Made by a program: the position numbers and the translations under genes. A stretch of 64,000 nucleotides of DNA, taken from the sequence record PV112478.1. One strand, 5' to 3'. The notes beneath the pieces are model-generated. The model did not search any database. It saw only the letters and a program-made list of their open reading frames with translations, and had not been told where the DNA came from. This document shows, piece by piece, positions 26,113 to 34,755 of the stretch (the first letter of the stretch is position 1; every line of letters starts with the position of its first letter).

Positions 26113-26586
26113 TTAACCCTCGAACCGATAAACAATGATTTCAAGATTGGTATCCTTAAAAGCCCGCTCAATATTTTGGCGGACCAATTCCCAATCGCCA
26201 CCGGCCAGCCCGCAACCGATTAAAGGAAAACCAACCTTTAACGGCTTCTCTTCCTTTTTGAGAATCGATGCCATTATCTTCATTGCCAGATACTGTGCGC
26301 TATAATGCGTTTTATATCCTGGATCTGAATGGTCGTGGTGAAATTGGCCACAAAGATTGAAGCCCCATTGACCCTCTTTTTTGGCGGCGGTTAATTTCCC
26401 CAATCTGTTTTTGACAGGGCGTTTGTCGGCAAAGTAAGACTCGGCTATCCAGGGAAAAGCTTCGAAGATCTTAACGGCGATACCGCTCTTTGCAATCCCA
26501 AAACAATTTACTTGGTGGGCAATGACGTCGACTTCCTTATTAAAGAAAGCTTCAATCAAATCCCCTTTAATTTCGGTATAGGTCAT
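26113..26586 (-). CDS. Macrodomain protein (T4 Tk.4 / Poa1p-like)
   Basis: IKGDL..IAHQVNC..GIA..FP..FNL.GQ..FPLIGCGLAGGDW. Confidence 0.88.
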   Translation of the reverse strand: MTYTEIKGDLIEAFFNKEVDVIAHQVNCFGIAKSGIAVKIFEAFPWIAESYFADKRPVKNRLGKLTAAKKEGQWGFNLCGQFHHDHSDPGYKTHYSAQYLAMKIMASILKKEEKPLKVGFPLIGCGLAGGDWELVRQNIERAFKDTNLEIIVYRFEG

Positions 26587-26604
26587 TGCCCAAACTCTCC
26601 GTAT

Positions 26605-27219
26605 TTAATTGATGATAAACTTACAATCTTCGAGACGGTATTCTCGCCCACCAAAACAAAGTTTCTTAACATAGTCAGGACGAGGAAGATTAACGTTGTC
26701 CATGTGGGCATTATGGGAAACTAATGACTCGTTAATTATTTTTCCTTTGCTGTATTCGACGAGTTTTCCTGGGTGTTCTTGGGAGAAACCAAACCCCGAG
26801 AATTTCAACTTTACATGAGAATGAAAAGAGAGATTTCGCCAGCCTGGGAATTTCAACCCTTTAACGTGCGCGGCGATAAAACGGATCAAAGCGGTATAAA
26901 TTTTACCCAGTTCGCTCACTGTCAGTCGTTCTTCTTCATCGCCAAAACGGAAAATAATCTTGACGTCATGACCGTCAAGATTACGATGCCAGTCGATGAT
27001 AAAACGAGAATAATAACCGTACAGACCATTCTCGGCGACAGTGCGGTTGCGATAGGTTTGTGCCGTCTCAGAGTCGTAACGATAGGCACCTGGTTCCAAA
27101 GGCTGCCCGCGTCTGAAACCAATAAACTGTGCGAGCTGTACCGCTTGGATTAAAGTCAGGTGCACGGCGGTACCGAACTTGTTAGTAATGATAAAAAGAG
27201 GACTTGAAGACGTGTGCAT
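26605..27219 (-). CDS. Hypothetical protein
   Basis: GGAG RBS, tiling. Confidence 0.7.
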   Translation of the reverse strand: MHTSSSPLFIITNKFGTAVHLTLIQAVQLAQFIGFRRGQPLEPGAYRYDSETAQTYRNRTVAENGLYGYYSRFIIDWHRNLDGHDVKIIFRFGDEEERLTVSELGKIYTALIRFIAAHVKGLKFPGWRNLSFHSHVKLKFSGFGFSQEHPGKLVEYSKGKIINESLVSHNAHMDNVNLPRPDYVKKLCFGGREYRLEDCKFIIN

Positions 27220-27224
27220 TAGTT

Positions 27225-27824
27225 TTACTCCTGTAGTAGTTTGGCTATTTCAGTAACGAATTCGGAATGATCCTCTATTTTATCGCTACCGATCTCTGAA
27301 CGTCTTATTTGATCATCGACATATTTAGAGATTAAGACGTTGATTTTGCCAGCTGAGCTGGAGAGAAATTCTTTTGATTCGGCGTAGTCATTATTCCAAT
27401 GACGAATATAATACTCTGGAGAAAATCTTTCCGGCGTGTTGAAGTTTTGTAATTCGCCCTTTGCGAGTAACTTGAGGTTGTCTGAAAACAAAACATCAAT
27501 ACTGCGACCTGGGTAGTCATCCCTATAGCTAAATTGGACTGAAATCGAGAATGTATTGATAGCAGGGTGATCGCCACATCGTTCGATGACTTCCCTTTTC
27601 CAATCGGTTAAAGGTCCATTTTGTAAAGCAAACGTTAATACCTCCTCGGAAATAATCTCGTCGCCATAGTGCTCTCGGTTGAAATTTTCGATTTTATCCG
27701 TCAATGACTTGAATAAATATGTTTGATTTGAACGAATAAAAACCGGGTAATAATCATTAGTGATAAAGTCCCTTTCTTCCTGATTTAACGGCTCTTTAAG
27801 AAAACCGAGTTTTGTTCTGGACAT
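27225..27824 (-). CDS. Hypothetical protein
   Basis: AGGAG RBS. Confidence 0.7.
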   Translation of the reverse strand: MSRTKLGFLKEPLNQEERDFITNDYYPVFIRSNQTYLFKSLTDKIENFNREHYGDEIISEEVLTFALQNGPLTDWKREVIERCGDHPAINTFSISVQFSYRDDYPGRSIDVLFSDNLKLLAKGELQNFNTPERFSPEYYIRHWNNDYAESKEFLSSSAGKINVLISKYVDDQIRRSEIGSDKIEDHSEFVTEIAKLLQE

Positions 27825-27826
27825 TT

Positions 27827-28213
27827 TTACTCCTCATGAAATGGGTTATAATCAAAAGCAATAATTGTTTTATGTTCTCCTTGATTCTCTTTCGGATCCC
27901 ACGCCCTAACAGAAAATTTTATCGTATCCTCTGATGATCCCTCAATAAGTTTCTTCAAATCCGAAGAAGGTTTTATTTTGACATAAATCCCATCGGTTTG
28001 CCTATAAACGTCCATTACTATTCCAGCGTATTTACTTTCATCAATAGTTAACCTCCTCGCGACCATGGCTTCATCGCCCATTAACCGAGAAATGTTTGGC
28101 GGACTTATTTCACCAATAACTTTTTTCCGCATTTTTTCTAGTTGGTAGATAATTTCTTCTTCACTAAATCCATGAGTATCGACTATTTTAACGGTAAACA
28201 TTTTATTCCTCAA
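27827..28213 (-). CDS. Possible degenerate prohead-protease-like protein
   Basis: GEISPP..IKPS..LKKLIE..FSVRA..IIAFDY parallels recalled phiKZ gp175-type GE.GHP..VKPS..FSIRS..IVTFDY. Confidence 0.45.
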   Translation of the reverse strand: MRNKMFTVKIVDTHGFSEEEIIYQLEKMRKKVIGEISPPNISRLMGDEAMVARRLTIDESKYAGIVMDVYRQTDGIYVKIKPSSDLKKLIEGSSEDTIKFSVRAWDPKENQGEHKTIIAFDYNPFHEE

Positions 28214-28254
28214 ATCAAAATTTTTAGTTTAAGTGCCCTAACTAAACAGTTAAT

Positions 28255-28659
28255 TTAGTTGAAGTTGAACACCAATCTTTCCACACCGAGTGCTTTTAGC
28301 TGCTCCAAACGTTCGAACCACTCCTCTCCAAGATGTTCTCGCCAAGTCGCTGTTGTTCCTTGTCCCTCAGGTAGAGTATCGTGACCGTCTTGGCGATCTT
28401 CCACTAACTGATCGTAATCAAACTCGAACAGATATTTTGTTTCCAGCGTGTAATTATAGTCGCAGTCGTAATTAATTGGCTCTCCTGCCTTTTCCCACTT
28501 GTAAGGTAGCGGAGGGACTCCGGCGTGGTTCCGGACATCAGCAAACCAACCGTAAATGAAATAAGATTGGAAATCAAACCAATCTACACCGCCAGAGATT
28601 CCTTCCCACTTCCCATTTTTATTTTTCTTTTCAAACCGCCCGTAAATGTAAGCGCCCAT
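28255..28659 (-). CDS. Conserved phage hypothetical protein
   Basis: MG.YI...Y..F.WFADVRN...RLVF.F pattern. Confidence 0.7.
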   Translation of the reverse strand: MGAYIYGRFEKKNKNGKWEGISGGVDWFDFQSYFIYGWFADVRNHAGVPPLPYKWEKAGEPINYDCDYNYTLETKYLFEFDYDQLVEDRQDGHDTLPEGQGTTATWREHLGEEWFERLEQLKALGVERLVFNFN

Positions 28660-28660
28660 T

Positions 28661-29008
28661 CTATTTTTCCTCTACCTTGTAGTAAAGAGTAAGACCGTAT
28701 TCGAAAGGATGTATCAAAGAGAGACTGTGCCAGCAATTATCGTTTACAGGGAGCCCTTCTTCTGAGGCAGTGACTCCTTGTAGACGTTTGAGAAGACTGA
28801 AGAGAGTGTCGTTGTCGGTCTCATTCATCCACTCTTTAAGTTGAGACATCAGATTGGCGACACCGATAGATAGCCTATAGTTAATAGTTGTAACATCCCG
28901 ATCTTCTGGTGTTACTGTAACCGCCGCGACTTTTCTGTCCAGTAAGTCCATTCGAGTGTAAATAACTGCTAAATAAATTTTCATTAGTATCCCCCTTATT
29001 AAACACAA
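28661..29008 (-). CDS. Hypothetical protein
   Basis: Likely start at MKIYL (GGGG RBS). Confidence 0.65.
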   Translation of the reverse strand: MCLIRGILMKIYLAVIYTRMDLLDRKVAAVTVTPEDRDVTTINYRLSIGVANLMSQLKEWMNETDNDTLFSLLKRLQGVTASEEGLPVNDNCWHSLSLIHPFEYGLTLYYKVEEK

Positions 29009-29033
29009 GGTGAGAGGAAAGACCCCTCACCTT
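29007..29033 (-). terminator. Hairpin terminator
   Basis: AAGGTGAG...CTCACCTT stem. Confidence 0.55.
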
Positions 29034-29038
29034 TTACC

Positions 29039-29353
29039 TTATTTTTGCCTGATACGGAGTTCGAGTTTAATCGATAAATCGTCACCGCCAGTTTCATCAA
29101 ATGAGAGACTCCGCCAGATTCCTATTTCTCCGCCGTACGCGTAGAAATAAATCTCCCTTTCGAAAATAACGAAGAGCTTCTCGATAATCGCCGTTTCTTC
29201 ATTCGTAAACGCAAAGGACGGAGAAAGCGACTCCGAACGATGTTTAGGTAGCCTCTGTAACAATTCTACGGAATCGTTAAACTCCGTTGAAGTAACACCG
29301 GAGTGACGAGCGTGACCAACCACAAGACACGTTTCTAAAACGCACGTTGTCAT
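29039..29353 (-). CDS. Hypothetical protein
   Basis: 4-nt overlap with thyA stop. Confidence 0.6.
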   Translation of the reverse strand: MTTCVLETCLVVGHARHSGVTSTEFNDSVELLQRLPKHRSESLSPSFAFTNEETAIIEKLFVIFEREIYFYAYGGEIGIWRSLSFDETGGDDLSIKLELRIRQK

Positions 29354-30729
29354 ACCGACACCTGTAATTTAATGGCCGGGTGATGCTTGTACTCGGTGAA
29401 GACGAAATCTTCATAGGTGAGTTCAAACAACCCTTTCTTCGGCACCTCTGAGTTATAGTAGTGCTCAGAGCGAACGTAGCACTCAACCGGTTTGTAAGGC
29501 TCGCGAGTTAATTGTAACTTCGCTTCCTCTAACTGATTGTTGTAGATATGGACGTTAGTCAGATTACCGACCAGCTTATTGGGCGCCATACCGAGCTCAT
29601 GAGCAAATGACAGCAACATGAAGGCGTAGAAAGCTTGGTTAAAGGGCTCGCCGGTCATTGTGTCACAGCTCCGCATACTGTATTTCAAACTCAGCCACTG
29701 CGTCGGTACATGGTTCTCCGTCAACCATTCCGCTTTACGCTCAGGGGACATTTTCGGCTGGTCACAATGTTCTTCGCTGTAGTAGTCAGACATGTGGTCT
29801 TCCCAGAGATCCTGGAAGTACGGGTTAGCGTTGTTCCTGCACCATTTTAACCGCTCGTTCAACGTCATCTCTTCTACGTAGAACTCTACCAGGAAATGAC
29901 ACGGGGTAAGGCATGGTTTACCCTCCACAATATTTTCCTGCGGCGTAACCTTAACGGTCTTAGTGCGTGGTACACCATGACTTGCTAAGAACTCTTCGCA
30001 GTTATCGGTCTTACCATGATATTCCAGGCGCGGCCAGAAAATAGCATAAAGGTCCGGACTGTGGGTTTTTAAATGTTCCCACATCTCGTCACTACTGAGA
30101 GTAACTTCTTTCGTTTCTTCCGGCATCCAAAGCGGGTTCCACGCCGAGATCAGGATACGACGCGATTCTGGATTGTTCCGTAGGAGATCGAGCGCATACG
30201 CGATTTGGTCAACGCCCTTCTTCTCCAATGGATTCTCAGAGAAATTTCGCCATGCTGACCCGTAAGGGGCATTAAGATCACCCGCTTTGTTCACGGTGAC
30301 CTGGCGAGTACGTGGTACGCCTTTTTCATCTAACCAACGATGACCGTCTTCAACAGGCCGGATGGAGATCCCTTTACTGTAAAACTCGATGTGAGCTTCT
30401 TTGTTGTTCTCTTCAAGCCACTTCAGACGTTCGTAGTTTTCCAGAGGTACTTCTTTCACTACGTCAGCTTCTAAACGCCACGGATCCCAGAACTTGACAT
30501 TATTCTCCACCATGGTATCGAGGTGGAGTTCCCCGTTTAACATTGCTTTGTACTCAAACCACGCAGATTTACGCGGAACGAACTTCGTTGTGAGCAGAGG
30601 GAATTCCCCGGTCGAAAGGTCGTACTTCAGTTTCGCATCGAAAATAGAAATCGTCCCCGTTCCCGTCCTGTCTCCTCGCTGACGACCGGTTTCGATAATT
30701 TCACGTAGTAAATCGAGATACTGTTTCAC
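29350..30729 (-). CDS. thyA: Thymidylate synthase (ThyA) with three large insertions
   Basis: DRTGTGT, FPLLTTK, PYG..WR, DQI, RRIL.SAWN, L.PCH, RSCD..G.PFN, HIY.NQ. Confidence 0.95.
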   Translation of the reverse strand: MKQYLDLLREIIETGRQRGDRTGTGTISIFDAKLKYDLSTGEFPLLTTKFVPRKSAWFEYKAMLNGELHLDTMVENNVKFWDPWRLEADVVKEVPLENYERLKWLEENNKEAHIEFYSKGISIRPVEDGHRWLDEKGVPRTRQVTVNKAGDLNAPYGSAWRNFSENPLEKKGVDQIAYALDLLRNNPESRRILISAWNPLWMPEETKEVTLSSDEMWEHLKTHSPDLYAIFWPRLEYHGKTDNCEEFLASHGVPRTKTVKVTPQENIVEGKPCLTPCHFLVEFYVEEMTLNERLKWCRNNANPYFQDLWEDHMSDYYSEEHCDQPKMSPERKAEWLTENHVPTQWLSLKYSMRSCDTMTGEPFNQAFYAFMLLSFAHELGMAPNKLVGNLTNVHIYNNQLEEAKLQLTREPYKPVECYVRSEHYYNSEVPKKGLFELTYEDFVFTEYKHHPAIKLQVSV

Positions 30730-31148
30730 TATTCTTTTTCCTCTTTAGCGATTTTATAGTGTTTAGGGGCTTTATTGACACTTACAAATTCCCCGGTAAA
30801 CCAACCTTCCGATTGTTCAATAATGCGGTAATAGAACATACGGTTATATCTCGTACCACTCCGAGAAGTAATCAACCGGGTTAATTCGGCCGGAAGCGAA
30901 AACGCACCCGAGAGCACTTTATACGGGTAACCCTTCCCTACCCGAAATCGAAACTCTAACGTGACAGGATCGTATTCGAATTCGAGTGACGAATAAGGCT
31001 CAGGCTGTAAGTCCCTGAACCCTGCGGAGAGGTAACAACTCCCGCCTGGTGCAATACGGAGATAGACCGGTTTTAGGTTAGGAAGTTTATTGGTCTTCGG
31101 AACAAACTTTTCAAAGGCCATTTTGTTCTCTCTTATTAATTTAATCAA
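30729..31148 (-). CDS. Hypothetical protein, paralog family
   Basis: LEFEYDPVTLEFRFRVG, EGWFTGEF. Confidence 0.7.
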   Translation of the reverse strand: MIKLIRENKMAFEKFVPKTNKLPNLKPVYLRIAPGGSCYLSAGFRDLQPEPYSSLEFEYDPVTLEFRFRVGKGYPYKVLSGAFSLPAELTRLITSRSGTRYNRMFYYRIIEQSEGWFTGEFVSVNKAPKHYKIAKEEKE

Positions 31149-31168
31149 ATAAAATCAAGACGGAATAA

Positions 31169-31197
31169 AAAGAGAGAGGGTACTCCCCTCTCTCTTT
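31169..31197 (-). terminator. Intrinsic terminator
   Basis: AAAGAGAGAGGG-tactc-CCCTCTCTCTTT. Confidence 0.8.
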
Positions 31198-31199
31198 AT

Positions 31200-31796
31200 T
31201 TATCTGCCTGTACGCGTATTTGCCCAAGAAAACAATCGTTTCAAATTATCTCGATGAGCTAATAAATCACCCCAATCTTTTTCGGGAGAGTTATCACTAG
31301 AAGTAACTCTCTGATAAGCATACATAATTTGCTCGTAAGAAACCTCTACAGGCATTCCGCCTGTCGTTGTGCAGAATAACGGCATAACGACGTTTTTTAT
31401 CGCCAGATTTGGAGATAACTTGTTGAAGCATTTTATCTGACAAAAAGCCGCCAGCGCTGCAAGATATGCGGTGTCTTTACTTTTTAACGGGCCAGGGAAT
31501 CGCATCGTCGGTGCATAACACAATTGAACTGCTTCACTTAGTGAAACTGTGATAGCCTGCCCCACTGGCATTTCTTTACCCCAGAATTGTTTGATGACCG
31601 TTTGGACAGTTTCTTGGGAGCGAGGAAACTTGTCCCTTACTACTTTGTCAAAACCACCGTCCATAATACCAAACGAGTTACCAGGTGTAATAATGCAGTC
31701 GTAATCCTTACCCGGGATCATCGTTCTGAAATCCCGTTTTTCAAAATTTGGCCAGCTATCAAAGCCAGATAAATCAATTATCTTTAGATTAAACAT
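31200..31796 (-). CDS. Macrodomain protein (second family)
   Basis: IITPGNSFGIMDGGFD, PVGQA, YAPTMRFP, MPLFCT.TGG. Confidence 0.85.
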   Translation of the reverse strand: MFNLKIIDLSGFDSWPNFEKRDFRTMIPGKDYDCIITPGNSFGIMDGGFDKVVRDKFPRSQETVQTVIKQFWGKEMPVGQAITVSLSEAVQLCYAPTMRFPGPLKSKDTAYLAALAAFCQIKCFNKLSPNLAIKNVVMPLFCTTTGGMPVEVSYEQIMYAYQRVTSSDNSPEKDWGDLLAHRDNLKRLFSWANTRTGR

Positions 31797-31810
31797 TTTT
31801 GGTTACCTCT

Positions 31811-32290
31811 TTAATTAAAAAAGAAATTAGGGAATGGAAGCATTGACTTTTTCTTGTAGTCGCGATAGACGATTTCAATCGTTAACTTAGCCCCTGCTTT
31901 TGAGGTGAGAAGAAGCACGTCAGAAATGTAATGCGTATTTGTTATCTTCTTTTTCCGGTAAAGGCCAAGAACTTTTTCAGACTTCTCATTAATTACGTAG
32001 TCGCTTTCCAGCCTTACTCGGATTTCTCCTTCGGAATTAGTTCGAATGGCCAGTTGGAAGTCGATAGAAAGTAGTGGTGTAGTAACCTTAACTTCCCCTT
32101 TCTCTCCGATACCCTTCTTCAGTTTTTCTTGGAAAGTGGTACTTTCTGCGTTGCTTCGTAAATACTCAGTAACCTCATCGATTACTTTTGAGATTACTAA
32201 AATCAATTCCCCTTCCGAAAAAACCTTTTCTTCTTGTTTCGGTTCTTCAAGTGCCTGAAATAGTTTAGCGAGCGGGTCACTGGATGCCAT
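31811..32290 (-). CDS. Hypothetical protein
   Basis: Tiling. Confidence 0.7.
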   Translation of the reverse strand: MASSDPLAKLFQALEEPKQEEKVFSEGELILVISKVIDEVTEYLRSNAESTTFQEKLKKGIGEKGEVKVTTPLLSIDFQLAIRTNSEGEIRVRLESDYVINEKSEKVLGLYRKKKITNTHYISDVLLLTSKAGAKLTIEIVYRDYKKKSMLPFPNFFFN

Positions 32291-32308
32291 ATATTTTCCC
32301 CTAGTTAC

Positions 32309-32722
32309 TTATTTAACCCAAGTGTCAATCGGGCGAATAAAACTTTTGAATTCGCCGTACCACCATCCGTCTTCTTTTAAGACGGGTTTAAAGTACGCCG
32401 ATCGTCTGGCGAAACCTTTTGCGTGTTGACCTTCTGTCAAGAGTTGTTTATTCCAGATTGTACGTAATACTGTTGTTGGGAGAAGAAACGTACCACTCCC
32501 TGACAGCGGACGATCGAAATAAGGGCCAACCTGAAAACGAAAATGACCTGTTTCAGTATCGTATTCAAAATCAATCGTATCGTCGCCAATGTCAAATTGA
32601 TTCAAAAATGTTTTCGATAAAGAACAATCGGAATCCCGAGAGAGGCGTACGTACTTTACGTGATAACTGCGTTCCCGGTGAATATCTTTCACTTGTGAAT
32701 AAGGGACTTTGATAAAGGGCAT
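32309..32722 (-). CDS. Hypothetical protein, paralog family
   Basis: IDFEYDTETGHFRFQVG, DGWWYGEF; AGGAG RBS. Confidence 0.72.
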   Translation of the reverse strand: MPFIKVPYSQVKDIHRERSYHVKYVRLSRDSDCSLSKTFLNQFDIGDDTIDFEYDTETGHFRFQVGPYFDRPLSGSGTFLLPTTVLRTIWNKQLLTEGQHAKGFARRSAYFKPVLKEDGWWYGEFKSFIRPIDTWVK

Positions 32723-32745
32723 TCACTACTCCTTGAAAAATAAAA

Positions 32746-32767
32746 AGACGGAGGAAATCCTCCGTCT
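32746..32767 (-). terminator. Intrinsic terminator
   Basis: AGACGGAGGA/TCCTCCGTCT with U-tract on minus strand. Confidence 0.75.
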
Positions 32768-32773
32768 GATAAA

Positions 32774-33151
32774 TTAACAAATGACCGCGTCTACAAACAG
32801 CGCCGACATCGAACGGACTGGCGTAAGCGACTCTTTTAACGTAGGGAAGAATTTACCTTCCGAACTGATGAATAAACACGCGCAGTCTACCTGACCACGA
32901 TTTATTCGCTGCGCCATTGCTAAGGTGTTCGGTAACGGAATGACCTTGATCGAAGCGATCAATTTCGGCCCGAGGTAGTCAGCAATGACCTCTTTGAATT
33001 TCGCGCGGGTACGAGGATCACCGTATACCTTTACGGTCTTACCCTTCATCAGGTTATTCGCAATGAAAGCGGAATAATGCAACATCGCGGATTCGTTGAA
33101 GGTTCCTAACACTTTAATGGACTGGATTCGTTTCATTTTGTAAAAACCCAA
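32774..33151 (-). CDS. Hypothetical protein
   Basis: Tiling; alpha/beta pattern. Confidence 0.65.
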   Translation of the reverse strand: MGFYKMKRIQSIKVLGTFNESAMLHYSAFIANNLMKGKTVKVYGDPRTRAKFKEVIADYLGPKLIASIKVIPLPNTLAMAQRINRGQVDCACLFISSEGKFFPTLKESLTPVRSMSALFVDAVIC

Positions 33152-33732
33152 TAAACGTCGTAAAATGAAATAGCATGAATTCCCGAGGGGAGATTGTCGA
33201 TCTCTTCGATATCTTTCATATCGAGTAAATTGACAACTAACCCGGTGGATAATAATCGCTTGAGGCTATACGCCACCGCACCAAGCGGAATTTCGAAGGT
33301 AATCGCCTTTTGACATCTGAAATGGCTGACCAGTTTGCGCGGTTTATCCGCTAACCGTTCGAGATAATCTTTATACGTTTCCCCGTCGTGACCACGCAGC
33401 GGCCACTGCCAGATAATTCCGTCTGCGGCTACTATCGCCTCCCCTCGAAAACGATAAGGATTTTGATATTGCTCCCATTTGAGATACCCCGGTTGGTACA
33501 TAGAGCCGTGATCAAGGATCTCCAATTCTTTCCCTGCTATGGCTTCATGAATCATTTCTGCAAGGGCCGGTATGAGAACAGTTTCCCCTGCGGCATTTTT
33601 ACCAAGAGCGACCTTCTCTCCTTCCACTAAACCGTAGACGTCAGCCGCATAAGCGCCACGTTCAAACTTAAATTTCATTCTTTTTTCTCCTCTATTTTGA
33701 AACAACCTACCGGAACATGTTCGACCAGCCAA
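33133..33732 (-). CDS. Hypothetical protein
   Basis: Real start probably MKFKFE (AGGAG RBS, about 33678). Confidence 0.65.
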   Translation of the reverse strand: MAGRTCSGRLFQNRGEKRMKFKFERGAYAADVYGLVEGEKVALGKNAAGETVLIPALAEMIHEAIAGKELEILDHGSMYQPGYLKWEQYQNPYRFRGEAIVAADGIIWQWPLRGHDGETYKDYLERLADKPRKLVSHFRCQKAITFEIPLGAVAYSLKRLLSTGLVVNLLDMKDIEEIDNLPSGIHAISFYDVYWVFTK

Positions 33733-34250
33733 ACCCCGTTCAACGCTTTGTAGAACACGTAGCCGCGTTCCAATAGTTTCTGGGTATCAATACTCAAGAC
33801 TACGAGCGACCCTTTCTTAGCGTACCGTATACCCACTAAACGCGCGGTCTCAATGTGGTCAGTTAAATGAACGAACTGACGCGACCCCGGCGTTAACCCT
33901 TCCTGAAAAATGCTCTCTAAATTCCCCGATGCAGTGCCGTGGTAAAGTACCTCAGGCGGTACCTCTTCATTGAAGGCCATTTCACTTACCGGGAATGAAT
34001 GTCCCTGTACAGCACGGATAGAAGAAAGATCATCGGATAACCCAAATCGTTTCTTATCGTCCGTCTCTACAACGTGCATAATTTCCTGTAACGTAACTGA
34101 CTTATTCTGTTCAGAGAATGCTGCAATCAGGTCGTCGAGTCTGACATAGCCAAGTTCATCAGGCGTTAATTTCAAAGCCTGAGGACGATGACGTAGAATG
34201 AAACACAACGTTTTAGAAAGTTTAATCGGATTATTCACTGACATGAACAC
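33675..34250 (-). CDS. kptA: RNA 2'-phosphotransferase (Tpt1/KptA)
   Basis: LSK.L..ILRH, D.KKRF, IRAVQGHS, LYHGT, RQFVHL, NGVWL. Confidence 0.95.
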   Translation of the reverse strand: MFMSVNNPIKLSKTLCFILRHRPQALKLTPDELGYVRLDDLIAAFSEQNKSVTLQEIMHVVETDDKKRFGLSDDLSSIRAVQGHSFPVSEMAFNEEVPPEVLYHGTASGNLESIFQEGLTPGSRQFVHLTDHIETARLVGIRYAKKGSLVVLSIDTQKLLERGYVFYKALNGVWLVEHVPVGCFKIEEKKE

Positions 34251-34755
34251 TCTTGTTGATGTAAATATTCCATGCAGGGCTCACCCAAACCGGTACTTTA
34301 AAACCGAGATGTTCTTCTTCTCGATAACCCCAGCCCTCTTTCTCGGTAAATGAAAAGAAACGATCCCTGCTCTTTTTTAGGTCGTCGTAGTACCCAAACA
34401 TTCTATGGTCAGTCGCTTCAGCTTTGTATTTCGCATAAAGCATACTACGATAATCGGACTCGAGCTCGTTGTACTCAACCGGCTCATAACCGGTAAGAAT
34501 TGTCACCCCGCCTGTTTCATTTTCGGGATAATATTTCAGCCCTTCCCATACGGCAGGAAGAGGAACGAAGTCCCCCAATTCCCAGATGTCAAACATCGGC
34601 GTCAAGACAGAGCGCGGTTCATCCGGGCAGCAACTGTAGGTCGCGTTTCTCATTGCAGCGTCTTTGTCCGGTGCCATGATTAAAAGAACAGTTGCTTCCT
34701 GAGAATCGGGAACATCGTAAAACTTCTCACTGGCCAGAAACAGTTTCATGTTCAT
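34231..34755 (-). CDS. Hypothetical protein
   Basis: Tiling. Confidence 0.7.
   Translation of the reverse strand: MNMKLFLASEKFYDVPDSQEATVLLIMAPDKDAAMRNATYSCCPDEPRSVLTPMFDIWELGDFVPLPAVWEGLKYYPENETGGVTILTGYEPVEYNELESDYRSMLYAKYKAEATDHRMFGYYDDLKKSRDRFFSFTEKEGWGYREEEHLGFKVPVWVSPAWNIYINKSVHVSE

Noticed and set aside
29350-30729. ThyA insertions as inteins or introns
   Set aside because: No Cys/Ser start with His-Asn end, no homing-endonuclease motif, no frame break, and too short for splicing elements.
32774-33151. Degenerate P-loop NTPase
   Set aside because: No recognisable Walker A or B; resemblance is only in secondary-structure pattern.
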